A program made the position numbers and the translations under genes. Of a stretch of DNA of 64,000 bases, positions 32,683 to 41,917 are shown piece by piece (position 1 is the stretch's first letter; each line of letters begins with the position of its first letter). Source of the stretch: an uncultured Methanoregulaceae archaeon (GTDB lineage: Archaea > Halobacteriota > Methanomicrobia > Methanomicrobiales > Methanospirillaceae). The DNA lies in NCBI GenBank assembly GCA_963717525.1, contig OY970343.1, forward strand, positions 800,001 to 864,000. Reading direction: 5' to 3'. The notes under the pieces are model-generated. The model had not been told where the DNA came from. It did no database searches and was given only the letters and a program-made list of their open reading frames with translations.

Positions 32683-33124
32683 AGAGATCAACAAGTTTGA
32701 ACGCGTGGTCTATACGTTCCTCATCATCCTGCTCGCTGCAGTGCTCATCTTTGCGATCTGTGAGCTGGTCTGGCTGTTTATCGAAGGCCTGCTCAACCTG
32801 CCGAAGGGGCTGCTGGATAACGGCGAACTGGTCGGTTTACTGGGCTCGTTCCTGCTCGTGCTCATCATAGTGGAACTGCTGGATACGATGAAGGCATATA
32901 TCACCGAGAACGTGATCCATGTGGAAATTGTGGTGCTCCTTGCGATCATCGCGATCGCGCGGAAGGTGATCCTACTCGATCCGACGGCCGCGGATGCGGG
33001 AGAGCTGATCGGGATCGGTATCATTATTGTCGGGCTTGCGGCAGCGTACTACCTGATCAAGAAAGCCGGTATCGTGATCGGAACTGAAAAGCAGCCCAAA
33101 GAAACACCCTCTGGCAAAGAGTAA
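32675..33124 (+). CDS. PsiE-family membrane protein
   Basis: LLVLIIVELLDT and AIIAIARKVI motifs; four TM segments. Confidence 0.8.
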   Translation: MLEEINKFERVVYTFLIILLAAVLIFAICELVWLFIEGLLNLPKGLLDNGELVGLLGSFLLVLIIVELLDTMKAYITENVIHVEIVVLLAIIAIARKVILLDPTAADAGELIGIGIIIVGLAAAYYLIKKAGIVIGTEKQPKETPSGKE

Positions 33125-33321
33125 CGATCTCCTGCCGGAGTTATCACGGTTGTACCTTTTTTGTTCATTGAAGTCGTTTTGTCCCATCTATTGGCTTTGG
33201 GACATTCACGTCTTATCACAAGTGGTACTGGGGTGATCCTGAATACTGGACAGGTGTCACGCAGCCCTTGGAGCATCAGGGAACACCGGAACGAAATGGC
33301 AAAACCCGGTGAACGGGGTGG

Positions 33322-34413
33322 TCAGTTCACAGGGGACACAGATTTTCCGCTGAACCGGTAGCAGCCTTCGGGCACCCCGATCTCAAAGCGCACGCCATTC
33401 CCGTACGTCCCGCATTCCCGGATCGAGAGCCCGGTAATGGAGAGGATCTCACGGCTGATGAACAGCCCGAGCCCGGTGTTTTTCCCAAAGCCCTTTTCAA
33501 AGATCCTCTCCTTCTCTGCATCGGTAACCCCGACACCGTCATCGTGGTAGATAAGAATCAGTCCCGGGCTGTGTTTCTCGTGCGTTACCGTGATTTGCCT
33601 GACATGTTCGCCATGCCGGAGCGAGTTATCCACCAGGTTCTCGAACACTTTTTCGAGCAGCGGATCGGCATAGACTTCGAGATCGCCGGTGGAAATCACA
33701 AGATCGATACCGGCAGGGCCGGTCACCGGTGAGATGAGGGCCATAAACTTCGCCACGTTCTGCCATTGCGGGACTTTCACACCGATGTCCTCGTAGGTCC
33801 GGGTAAACTCGATCTGGCGCAGGATGTTATTCGCCACTATCTCTTCTTTGTCCATGGTTATTTTCAATTCGGGGTTCTGCACACTCATCTTGGAAATCTC
33901 GATGTACGCCAGGAGGGCCGTCAGCTGGTTCCTGATATCGTGCCGGGTGATGCCGGAGAGCAGGTTCAGCTTCTTGTTTGCGGTAATGAAGGCTTTCCGG
34001 GAGGTGTCAAGCTGCAGGTTTACGTCCTTTAACTCGCGGTTCTGCACGAGCACCCGGTCATGATATCCCGTCATCTTCTCAACGATCTTCCAGATCACAA
34101 CCGCAACGATGACAAGCATCAGGGCCCGGAGGATCGCATCGTAAGGGATGGTCCCGGGTTCGAGAAGCCAGCTTATGGCAACCTGGAGGCCGCCAAAGAA
34201 AAGGGCTATCCCAACGGCCGTTCTGCCGTACCAGAGCCCGGCAACCACGACGATCAGGTAGTAAAACTGCGTATACACGATGGTGATGTGGTATGTATAG
34301 TGGACGATGCATTCAAGAAAGACGCCTATGAAGAAAAGAAGAACAAGAACCAAAAATTTCAGTCGTTCCGGGACGTCATACACGGTGTCAGGTGAATTGA
34401 AGTCGTTCAACAC
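33322..34413 (-). CDS. Membrane sensor histidine kinase
   Basis: N-terminal TM segments, H-box RHDIRNQL, N-box NLVDNS, DDGVG and GLGL. Confidence 0.92.
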   Translation of the reverse strand: MLNDFNSPDTVYDVPERLKFLVLVLLFFIGVFLECIVHYTYHITIVYTQFYYLIVVVAGLWYGRTAVGIALFFGGLQVAISWLLEPGTIPYDAILRALMLVIVAVVIWKIVEKMTGYHDRVLVQNRELKDVNLQLDTSRKAFITANKKLNLLSGITRHDIRNQLTALLAYIEISKMSVQNPELKITMDKEEIVANNILRQIEFTRTYEDIGVKVPQWQNVAKFMALISPVTGPAGIDLVISTGDLEVYADPLLEKVFENLVDNSLRHGEHVRQITVTHEKHSPGLILIYHDDGVGVTDAEKERIFEKGFGKNTGLGLFISREILSITGLSIRECGTYGNGVRFEIGVPEGCYRFSGKSVSPVN

Positions 34414-34838
34414 ATCCTCTCCGATAGTAAATCTTACAGATTATGTCACGGACGTGCCATATATACTTCTTGCCGGGAAGAGGGATTTCAGTACGGAAAT
34501 CTGTGAGACCCTCTTCCCGAAAAAAGGCGAAAGATACTATCCGGCGATGGAACCGTACAGTCTTTGTCCAATGAACCGAGTCATTTTTGCCACCAGCAGA
34601 ATACCGTTAAAGGGAAAATGCATCTCTTTCATAATTGAAAATTTTCACAAAATACGCATTTATACAGGGATTATGCCGGTGGTGGACACCTTCCCCGTCC
34701 GGGCCTGTCCACCGGCCCGTAGCCCTGGCAAAAAGAGGTAGGACCGAGCCCAGATTTCCTGGTATAACGTCTCTTCCTGAGGGAGGACTACGGGGTGTTA
34801 ACAAGCATTAATACATTACCACAACAAAAATTGTGCAA

Positions 34839-35381
34839 ATGGGCGACACAATGCCTGCCGGTGGTCCGACGCAGGACGAGATCATGGCGGTCTCTTTATT
34901 CAAGATGGGTATCACAGCGAACGATACTGTTCTCGACCTCGGTTGCGGAACCGGCAAGGTCTCGATTGCTGCTGCCGGCCGTGCGAAAAAGGTCTACGCA
35001 ATTGACCGGCGCCCGGAGGCAATTGCGTACGCAACAAAAGCGGCTGCCGGGGCTGGTGTAAAAAATATTGAATTTTTCTGCGGGGAGGCAGCAGATTTTC
35101 TTGTCTCGGCCCCGGTTGTTGACTGCGCTTTTGTTGGCGGCTCGCAGCAGATCGAAACGATCCTGCCAGTCCTTGCAACAAAAGTCCGGCGGGTAATCGT
35201 AGTAAACGTTGTTCTGCTCAGCACCCTTACTGTCGTTACCGCGACAATGCAGTCCCTTGGGATCTTCCGCGAGGCCCTGCACGTGCAGGTCTCCCGCTCG
35301 CATGCACTTGGGAAAAGCGTGATGTTCAAACCGATTGACCCGGTGTATATTATTGTCGGGGCGGGTGCCGCATGCTCGTAG
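34839..35381 (+). CDS. cbiT: Cobalt-precorrin-6B C15-methyltransferase (decarboxylating)
   Basis: GGPTQDEI, LDLGCGTG and FVGG motifs; first gene of the cbi operon. Start is 34839 or 34851. Confidence 0.88.
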   Translation: MGDTMPAGGPTQDEIMAVSLFKMGITANDTVLDLGCGTGKVSIAAAGRAKKVYAIDRRPEAIAYATKAAAGAGVKNIEFFCGEAADFLVSAPVVDCAFVGGSQQIETILPVLATKVRRVIVVNVVLLSTLTVVTATMQSLGIFREALHVQVSRSHALGKSVMFKPIDPVYIIVGAGAACS

Positions 35382-35977
35382 GCCTTGGACTTGGCCCGGG
35401 AAACCCCGAACTCTTAACCCTCCGGGCCATACGGCTCCTCAGGGAAGCCGACACCGTCTTTGTGCCGGGCCGGATCGCAGCAGATCTCGTCGCACCGTAC
35501 CGTGAGCCGGTAATGCTCGAATTTCCCATGACCGATGACGAGCGCCGGATACGGGCATGCCTCGAATCCAACGCGGAGAAGATCGCCCCGGTCGCGGAGA
35601 ACGGCCTTGCGGTCTTCGGGATCCTTGGCGACCCGAACTTTTTCTCCACGTTCTCGCGCCTCTGCGGGATCCTTGCAGAGCACCACCCGAGGATAGAGTG
35701 CAGGACCGAGCCCGGGATCAGCTCGATCACGGCCTTTGCCGCCGCGGCGAATGTCCCTCTGGGCGGAGGGTTTGTGGTCTCTGACGGCGCTGATCCTTCA
35801 GCCCTGATCCGGCTCAAAGCCCGGCACCCGAAGAAGCTCATTGCGGGCCTCAAAAAGGAGGGATACCGGGAGTTTGTGCTCGTCGAGCGGATGTTTTTTC
35901 CCGATATGAAGGTGTACCGGGGCGACGAGATCCCGGAGAAGAGCGATTACATGAGCGTGCTGTACGCGAGGCGCTGA
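35372..35977 (+). CDS. cbiL: Cobalt-factor II C20-methyltransferase
   Basis: GLGPGNPELLTLRA, FPM and LGDPNFFSTF motifs. Confidence 0.9.
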   Translation: MLVGLGLGPGNPELLTLRAIRLLREADTVFVPGRIAADLVAPYREPVMLEFPMTDDERRIRACLESNAEKIAPVAENGLAVFGILGDPNFFSTFSRLCGILAEHHPRIECRTEPGISSITAFAAAANVPLGGGFVVSDGADPSALIRLKARHPKKLIAGLKKEGYREFVLVERMFFPDMKVYRGDEIPEKSDYMSVLYARR

Positions 35978-35978
35978 T

Positions 35979-36726
35979 ATGACCGTGAAAAAAAAATCCG
36001 CAGGATCCGGGGCGAAGGTCTGGTTTGTGGGCGCCGGGCCCGGCGATCCCGGTCTCATCACGGTCAAGGGGCAGGAACTCGTAAACACGGCCGATGTCCT
36101 GATCTATGCAGGATCACTTGTCAACCCAATACTCGTGGAACGATCGCGTGCTGCCATAAAAAAAGACAGCTGGGGCATGCACCTTAACGAGATGGTCGAT
36201 GCACTGGAGGAGTACGCGAAGGCCGGGAAAAAGGCAGTGCGCCTCCACTCGGGTGACCCTGCACTCTATGGCGCGATCGTTGAGCAGATGGAGAGGCTTG
36301 AAGAGCGGGGTGTTGACGTGGAGGTTGTGCCCGGTGTTTCATCCCTCTTTGCCGCTGCGGCTGCGCTCAGAACCCAGCTGAACGCTCCGGGGTGTCTCTG
36401 AGTCGGTGATTGTTACCCGGCCGGCCGGAAAGACCCTGAAAAAAGATCAGATCAGGGAGTTCTCGCTTCTTGGTTCGACCATGGTCATCTTTCTGGGGAC
36501 AGAAAAACTCGAAGAGATCACCGGAAAACTCGCCTGCCCGAAAGACACCCCGGCAGCGGTGGTGTACCATGCCTCGTGGCCGGACCAGAAGATCGTCAGG
36601 GGCACAGTCGCCGATATCGCGGCAAAGGCACGCGAGGCCGGGATCGAACACACTGCCCTGCTTCTGGTGGGTGGGGTTGTAGGCACGAAAAAAGAGGGGC
36701 ACGTCACCTCGTACCTCTATTCATGA
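35979..36726 (+). CDS. cbiF: Cobalt-precorrin-4 C11-methyltransferase; apparent frameshift at about 36381
   Basis: YAGSLV, RLHSGDP, ASWPDQ and SYLY end. Confidence 0.92.
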
Positions 36727-37595
36727 CCAGAACCGTTGTTGTCGCTCCTGGCCGCTTCCTGCCGGATGCCCGGAGGATCGCGGAATTCCTTGATGGAGAT
36801 GTTATGGAATACCGCGCCGGTATCTTTGCCGACATCTACCCGGAAGTCTCCCGGATCGTTGCGGTGATGTCCATGGGCATCGTGGTCCGGGGCGTCGCCC
36901 CGCTTCTCAAAGACAAGTGGACCGACCCGGCCGTTGTTGTGGTCACCCCGGATTTTTCCTACGTGGTGCCGGTGCTCGGCGGCCACCATGGGGCAAACGA
37001 ACTCGCAAAGGAACTCGCCGGCCTCGGGCTTGTACCGGTCATCTCCACGGCCACCGAAGCGACCGGCCGGGATTCGGTTGAAGGGATTGCAACCCGCACT
37101 GGCAGCGATATCGTGAACCGCGATTCGACCCGTGCGGTTAATGCCGGGATACTGGACGGGACGACAAAAGTCTATGCGGTGCCCGGCCCCGGGATCGTCC
37201 TTACCGGGCCGGATGTCTCGATCCTTGTGCGCCGGGGCGAGTACGCGGTTGGCATCGGCTGCCGGAAAGGGGTCACCCACGGGGAGGTAGCCCGGGCACT
37301 GGAAGAGGCGCTCGCTGAGGCCGGGATCACCGGGGACGAAGTCATGATCTATGCGACCACCGCAAAGAAATGCGGCGAGGCCGGACTCTGCGATGCGATT
37401 GCCGGGATCCCTGCCAATTTAATATTCCTGGATGATGACACTATTAACGCGCAGGTGCCCGAAACACCGTCGAGGGCAAAGAAGATCGGCCTTGTCGGGG
37501 TTGCCGAACCGTGTGCGCTTGCGGTATCAAAACACCGGGAACTGATCATGAGAAAGAAGGTTTTTTCAAAGGTGACCATTGCCATCGCCCGCTGA
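36723..37595 (+). CDS. cbiG: Cobalt-precorrin-5A hydrolase
   Basis: DKWTDPAVV, GGHHGAN, GIGCRKG and GVAEP motifs; start MTRTVV at 36723. Confidence 0.93.
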   Translation: MTRTVVVAPGRFLPDARRIAEFLDGDVMEYRAGIFADIYPEVSRIVAVMSMGIVVRGVAPLLKDKWTDPAVVVVTPDFSYVVPVLGGHHGANELAKELAGLGLVPVISTATEATGRDSVEGIATRTGSDIVNRDSTRAVNAGILDGTTKVYAVPGPGIVLTGPDVSILVRRGEYAVGIGCRKGVTHGEVARALEEALAEAGITGDEVMIYATTAKKCGEAGLCDAIAGIPANLIFLDDDTINAQVPETPSRAKKIGLVGVAEPCALAVSKHRELIMRKKVFSKVTIAIAR

Positions 37596-38367
37596 ACGCC
37601 CGTCAAACGGCCTCTGGATTGTGGGGATCGGTCCCGGACGTAACGAATATATGACCGGCCGGGCGGCCGACGTGATCTCACGTTCGGAGTACGTCATCGG
37701 AAACGACAGTTACCTTGATTCCATACGGCCGCTGCTTGAGGGAAAGCAGGTGATCCGGAGCTCGATGGGAAAGGAGATCGAACGGGCGAAGAAGGCCATC
37801 GAGCTTGCACAGTCCCACACAGTTTCGATCGTTTCCGGTGGCGACGCCGGCGTCTACGGTATGGCCGGTATCGTGCTTGAGGTGCTCGAACATTCTAAAG
37901 AGAAGATCCCGGTGGAGATCGTTCCTGGCGTGACCGCAGCAAATGCCGCTGCATCCCTCATCGGGTCTCCCCTCTCCGGGGATTTTGCAGTCATCTCCCT
38001 TTCGGACCTTCTCACCCCCCTTGAGGTGATTGAGCGCAGGCTCGACGCGGTCTTTTCAGTAGGGATCCCGGTGGTGATTTACAACCCCCGGAGTCACGGT
38101 CGCCCGCATAACTTTGCGCTTGCGATCGAGCATGCCCGGAAATTCTACCCGCCAACCGTGCCGGTTGCAGTCGTCAAAAATGCCCTCCGGGAAGGTCAGG
38201 CAGATCCGCTGATCGTGACATTGGGGGAGATCGAGCATATCATGGAGGACGTCGATATGCACACGACGGTTATTATAGGTGGGAGCGAGAGCAGGATATG
38301 GAGGATGGGTAACGATGTCAAAGGAATCATCACGCCACGCGGGTACCACCGCAAGTACGTATATTGA
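37579..38367 (+). CDS. cbiH: Cobalt-precorrin-3 C17-methyltransferase
   Basis: SGGDAGVYGMA, ISLSDLLTP, YNP and TPRGY motifs. TTG start uncertain. Confidence 0.93.
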   Translation: MPSPAERPSNGLWIVGIGPGRNEYMTGRAADVISRSEYVIGNDSYLDSIRPLLEGKQVIRSSMGKEIERAKKAIELAQSHTVSIVSGGDAGVYGMAGIVLEVLEHSKEKIPVEIVPGVTAANAAASLIGSPLSGDFAVISLSDLLTPLEVIERRLDAVFSVGIPVVIYNPRSHGRPHNFALAIEHARKFYPPTVPVAVVKNALREGQADPLIVTLGEIEHIMEDVDMHTTVIIGGSESRIWRMGNDVKGIITPRGYHRKYVY

Positions 38368-38980
38368 CCCGGGGGCGACCACCCCGGAGGCCTACGAGAT
38401 CTCAAAGACCTCCCGGGTGCTCGCAAGGAAGATGGTCGGGGACCAGACCCCTGACGACCGGGTCCGCCAGCGCTGCTCGGTCGCGGTCGGCGACTTTGCG
38501 ATGGCCGGCCTGCTCAGGTTCAACAATGACCCGGTGACGGCAGCGCTTGGGGCGCTCAAAGGCCATGCCCCGGTCATCACTGACATCCGGATGGTTCAGG
38601 TAGGCATCCAGAAGAAAGGGCACCACTCTGAAATTCTCTGTGCACTCGATTTCGGCGACGGGATCTCACGCGATCGGGGGATCACGCGGAGTTCCGCCGG
38701 GTTTATAGCGCTCCGGGACCGGGTTGCGGGATCCATTGTGGTGATCGGGAACGCACCCTCCGCGCTGCTCACGGTCTGCGCCATGATCAAAGAAGGGATA
38801 CGGCCGGCGGTTGTGATCGGTACACCGGTCGGTTTTGTCAACGCAGCGGAATCAAAATCCCTCCTGCGGACGCTTGACATCCCTTCCATCTCCACCGAAG
38901 GGACCCGGGGCGGTACTCCGGTAGCGGTTGCTGCCATCAACGAATGCATTACTCTTCTCATCGAGGGATCGGGGGCATGA
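38315..38980 (+). CDS. cbiC: Cobalt-precorrin-8 methylmutase
   Basis: IGNAPSAL, GTPVGFVNAAESK and GTRGGT motifs. Confidence 0.92.
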   Translation: MSKESSRHAGTTASTYIDPGATTPEAYEISKTSRVLARKMVGDQTPDDRVRQRCSVAVGDFAMAGLLRFNNDPVTAALGALKGHAPVITDIRMVQVGIQKKGHHSEILCALDFGDGISRDRGITRSSAGFIALRDRVAGSIVVIGNAPSALLTVCAMIKEGIRPAVVIGTPVGFVNAAESKSLLRTLDIPSISTEGTRGGTPVAVAAINECITLLIEGSGA

Positions 38981-39981
38981 GGGACCCGGTCACCGGTTTT
39001 TTGTACCCTGCCAAGTGGGTGGAGAAGGCGTCCGATCCGGCCGGCCTTGCGCTGGTCGCTGACGGCTTTGCAGTGCTCACTGCTTCAGGTGCGATCCTCC
39101 GGCGGGGGTACACGACCGGGACCACGGCAGCAGCCGCGTGCAAGGCAGCGATCCTCTCCCTTTCTGGTGACATAGCCAAGGTCAGCATAAAACTCCCCTG
39201 CGGCCTTGTGGCCGATCTTCCGGTTGCGGCCCGGGCGGGGCGGGCATCGTGCAGGAAATATGCCGGCGATTATCCCTCGGATGTAACGGCCGGTATCGAG
39301 TTTGTGGCGGAGGCGGTAATGGCACAGGACGGCCTCTCGCTTGTGCCGGGACCGGGGATCGGCAGGTTTTTCCGTGATACACCACGGTACAAAAAGGGGG
39401 CACCAGCGATCAGCGAGATTCCGCTTACCTGTATCCTCGCTTCCATGGAAGAAGCCCTCGATCTGACCGGCCTGTCCGGTGCGACGGTCTCGCTCTCGAT
39501 CCCGGAGGGTGAAAAGATCGCGAGAAAGACCCTCAACCCCCGGGTCGGAATTGAAGGAGGGATCTCGGTGCTGGGATCAACCGGGCTTGTCGAGCCTTGG
39601 GACGATCATCTTGAAGAGTCTGTTCAGGCCCGGGTTGCAGGATCGACGAATGTTGTTGTCACGACCGGCCGGGTCGGGCTCCGGTATGCCCGCATGCTCT
39701 TCCCTGACCGCGAGGTCGTGCTTGCCGGGGGAAGGATTGGCGAAGCGTTATCTGCCGCGGAGGGAGAGGTGACCCTCTGCGGCCTCCCAGCCCTGATCTT
39801 AAAATATATCGAACCGCATATCCTGGATCAGACCGGGTTCGCGACCGTGGAAGAACTGGCAGCATCGCCGGCGTTTTTACCGGTCGTCGGGCCAATCCTT
39901 GCAGAATACAGAAAAGTGCACCCGGGAATCCAGGTAGTCCTGGTGAACCGGGACGGGGAGATTATCGCGGAGAGTCCATGA
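38977..39981 (+). CDS. cbiD: Cobalt-precorrin-5B C1-methyltransferase
   Basis: RRGYTTGTTAAAA and TLNPRVGIEGGISVLGSTG motifs. Confidence 0.95.
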   Translation: MRDPVTGFLYPAKWVEKASDPAGLALVADGFAVLTASGAILRRGYTTGTTAAAACKAAILSLSGDIAKVSIKLPCGLVADLPVAARAGRASCRKYAGDYPSDVTAGIEFVAEAVMAQDGLSLVPGPGIGRFFRDTPRYKKGAPAISEIPLTCILASMEEALDLTGLSGATVSLSIPEGEKIARKTLNPRVGIEGGISVLGSTGLVEPWDDHLEESVQARVAGSTNVVVTTGRVGLRYARMLFPDREVVLAGGRIGEALSAAEGEVTLCGLPALILKYIEPHILDQTGFATVEELAASPAFLPVVGPILAEYRKVHPGIQVVLVNRDGEIIAESP

Positions 39982-40583
39982 AGATCGTCGGAGTCGGGTG
40001 CGGGCCGGGCATGGTCACGGAACAGGCAGCACAGGTAATCCGGTCGGCCCGGTTCATCTATGGTTCCAGCCGGGCCATAGGGCTGGTGAAAAAACTGATC
40101 CCGGATAACTGCACCGTGCGCTCCATCAGCGATTTCCGGAACCTCTCGCAGCTGCCCGAGAATGCGGTCGTGCTCTCGACCGGGGACCCGATGCTCGCCG
40201 GCCTCGGATACCTGCCCGGTGAAGTTGTGCCCGGTATCTCATCTCTCCAGATCGCAGCTGCCCGGCTTCACATCTCCCTTTCCCGGATTACCATAATCAT
40301 AGCCCACGGCAGGGGGTATGATCGCGCGATGCAGGAGACCATTGATGAGCTCCGGCGGGAAAAGATTGTCTTTCTTATCGCGGATCCCAAGTTCAACGTA
40401 ACAGAACTTTACCGGCGCCTCGGCGCGATGGAGATTTCTGCCCCGGTCAGGATCGCGGTCTGCGAGAACCTCGGGTATCCTGACGAAGAGATCCTGACCG
40501 GTGACCTTGCCTCCCCTCCGCTGCCTCATGCGGATCTTTATTCTCTTGTGATCGGGCAGTTTGAGGGCTCCGGCAGGCAGTGA
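39978..40583 (+). CDS. cbiE: Cobalt-precorrin-7 C5-methyltransferase
   Basis: STGDPM, PGISSLQ, HGR and ENLGYPDE motifs. Confidence 0.9.
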   Translation: MKIVGVGCGPGMVTEQAAQVIRSARFIYGSSRAIGLVKKLIPDNCTVRSISDFRNLSQLPENAVVLSTGDPMLAGLGYLPGEVVPGISSLQIAAARLHISLSRITIIIAHGRGYDRAMQETIDELRREKIVFLIADPKFNVTELYRRLGAMEISAPVRIAVCENLGYPDEEILTGDLASPPLPHADLYSLVIGQFEGSGRQ

Positions 40584-40709
40584 TGACCAGAAAGACAGCA
40601 TTTTTTTACTGACCGGATGCTTTGGACAGGGAACGGTGCAGGCCGGGCAACAGATGCGACTCGTTCCCGGGGTGATGCCTATTTACCTGAAATACCTATA
40701 TGAACTGGT

Positions 40710-40880
40710 ATGAAGGTCCAGGATCTCAGAACCCCGAAGATTAAAGGAATACTTCTTGGGATCATCGTCACGGTCATCGTGGCGGTGATCGGCACACCCC
40801 CGGCATTTGCCCTGGTGGTGGGGATCATTTTTGGGTACGTGGCGTATTTTATCCTCAACGATGCGAAAAAAGCAAAATAA
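40710..40880 (+). CDS. 56-aa two-TM protein (not in the ORF track)
   Basis: Manual translation MKVQDLRTPKIKGILLGIIVTVIVAVIGTPPAFALVVGIIFGYVAYFILNDAKKAK. Confidence 0.65.
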   Translation: MKVQDLRTPKIKGILLGIIVTVIVAVIGTPPAFALVVGIIFGYVAYFILNDAKKAK

Positions 40881-40980
40881 GAAAGATCGGCTGCTTTAAG
40901 GAACAGGAATACAAGCTATTTTTAATCGCCAAAAACTCTTTTACGGGCAGGAATCATACCCTACTTTTAAGGAGTCTCGT

Positions 40981-41175
40981 ATGAGTTCAGCGAAATCGTC
41001 GTCAACAATTTCGAAAACCCAGCTCGACTACCTGTTCTTTATTATTGGTCTTGTCCTGCTAATCATCCCGGAGCTTAATGGCCTGGATTTCCTCCCCGTC
41101 GGGATCCGGGCGTATTTTGCCCTCTTCTTTTACCCGGGGATCGTCTGTGTTATCATTGGGTACATACTGAAATAA
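40981..41175 (+). CDS. 64-aa two-TM protein
   Basis: AGGAG RBS upstream; two hydrophobic helices. Confidence 0.65.
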   Translation: MSSAKSSSTISKTQLDYLFFIIGLVLLIIPELNGLDFLPVGIRAYFALFFYPGIVCVIIGYILK

Positions 41176-41212
41176 AAAAGAAGCCTGGAAAAAAGGGGAC
41201 GCCGGAAAAAAG

Positions 41213-41758
41213 TTACGTCTTTCCGCCGACCTTCTCCTCTTTCTTCTCAGCCGGGGGCTTTTTTTCGATCTTGATCTCGCACTGACGGTCCCCGGTGCAC
41301 ATTGTGCGCACGAACCGGGCCGAATAATCCTTGTTGAGGAGCGGGACCGCACTAAGGGTGAGTGCCATGCACCGTGAAAATACATGCTCGTGTTCGGTGG
41401 CGAGCGTGTGACCGTGGATCAGGAACGGGCAGCGTTTGACCAGTATCACCGCATTGTCACCGGCGAGCTCGATAACCTCGCCACCATACTCCGGCCCAAA
41501 GAGGATGATGGTGGCACTCTGGATGCTCCGCGCGATTTCCCGGGCATCCTTCACCGGGAGGAAGCAGTCGTGGACGACATCCCGGAGCATGCAGGCGATC
41601 TCCATCCAGATCTCCTGCTCCAGCGCATCGTACTTGTTCCCGAGGGCCCCGCGGAACGCGATCTCATAGAGTGCCGGGAGTTTTGCGGCACATTCTGCGG
41701 CACACTTCCAGCGAACGTTATCGGGGATGTCCTTCAGGTCCGGCATAATGTTCCTCAC
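41213..41758 (-). CDS. Hypothetical protein with a V4R-like Cys pattern
   Basis: KRCPF...SRC...MCTGDRQCEI; true start may be MPDLK. Confidence 0.6.
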   Translation of the reverse strand: MRNIMPDLKDIPDNVRWKCAAECAAKLPALYEIAFRGALGNKYDALEQEIWMEIACMLRDVVHDCFLPVKDAREIARSIQSATIILFGPEYGGEVIELAGDNAVILVKRCPFLIHGHTLATEHEHVFSRCMALTLSAVPLLNKDYSARFVRTMCTGDRQCEIKIEKKPPAEKKEEKVGGKT

Positions 41759-41917
41759 GGAGATGTGGGAAATGGAATCATATCAATATGGTGATGGGGG
41801 CAGCACCCGGACGAAGCACAGTATCGTGATTGGGTACACAATCTTCCTCATATACCCCGGGAGAGGACAACGGTCCGGTTCCTGAACATGCCGGGAGATC
41901 CCTGCAACACCGGCACG

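Noticed and set aside
34414..34838. Canonical cobalamin riboswitch
   Set aside because: No recognisable B12-box or conserved core; kept only as an unclassified structured candidate.
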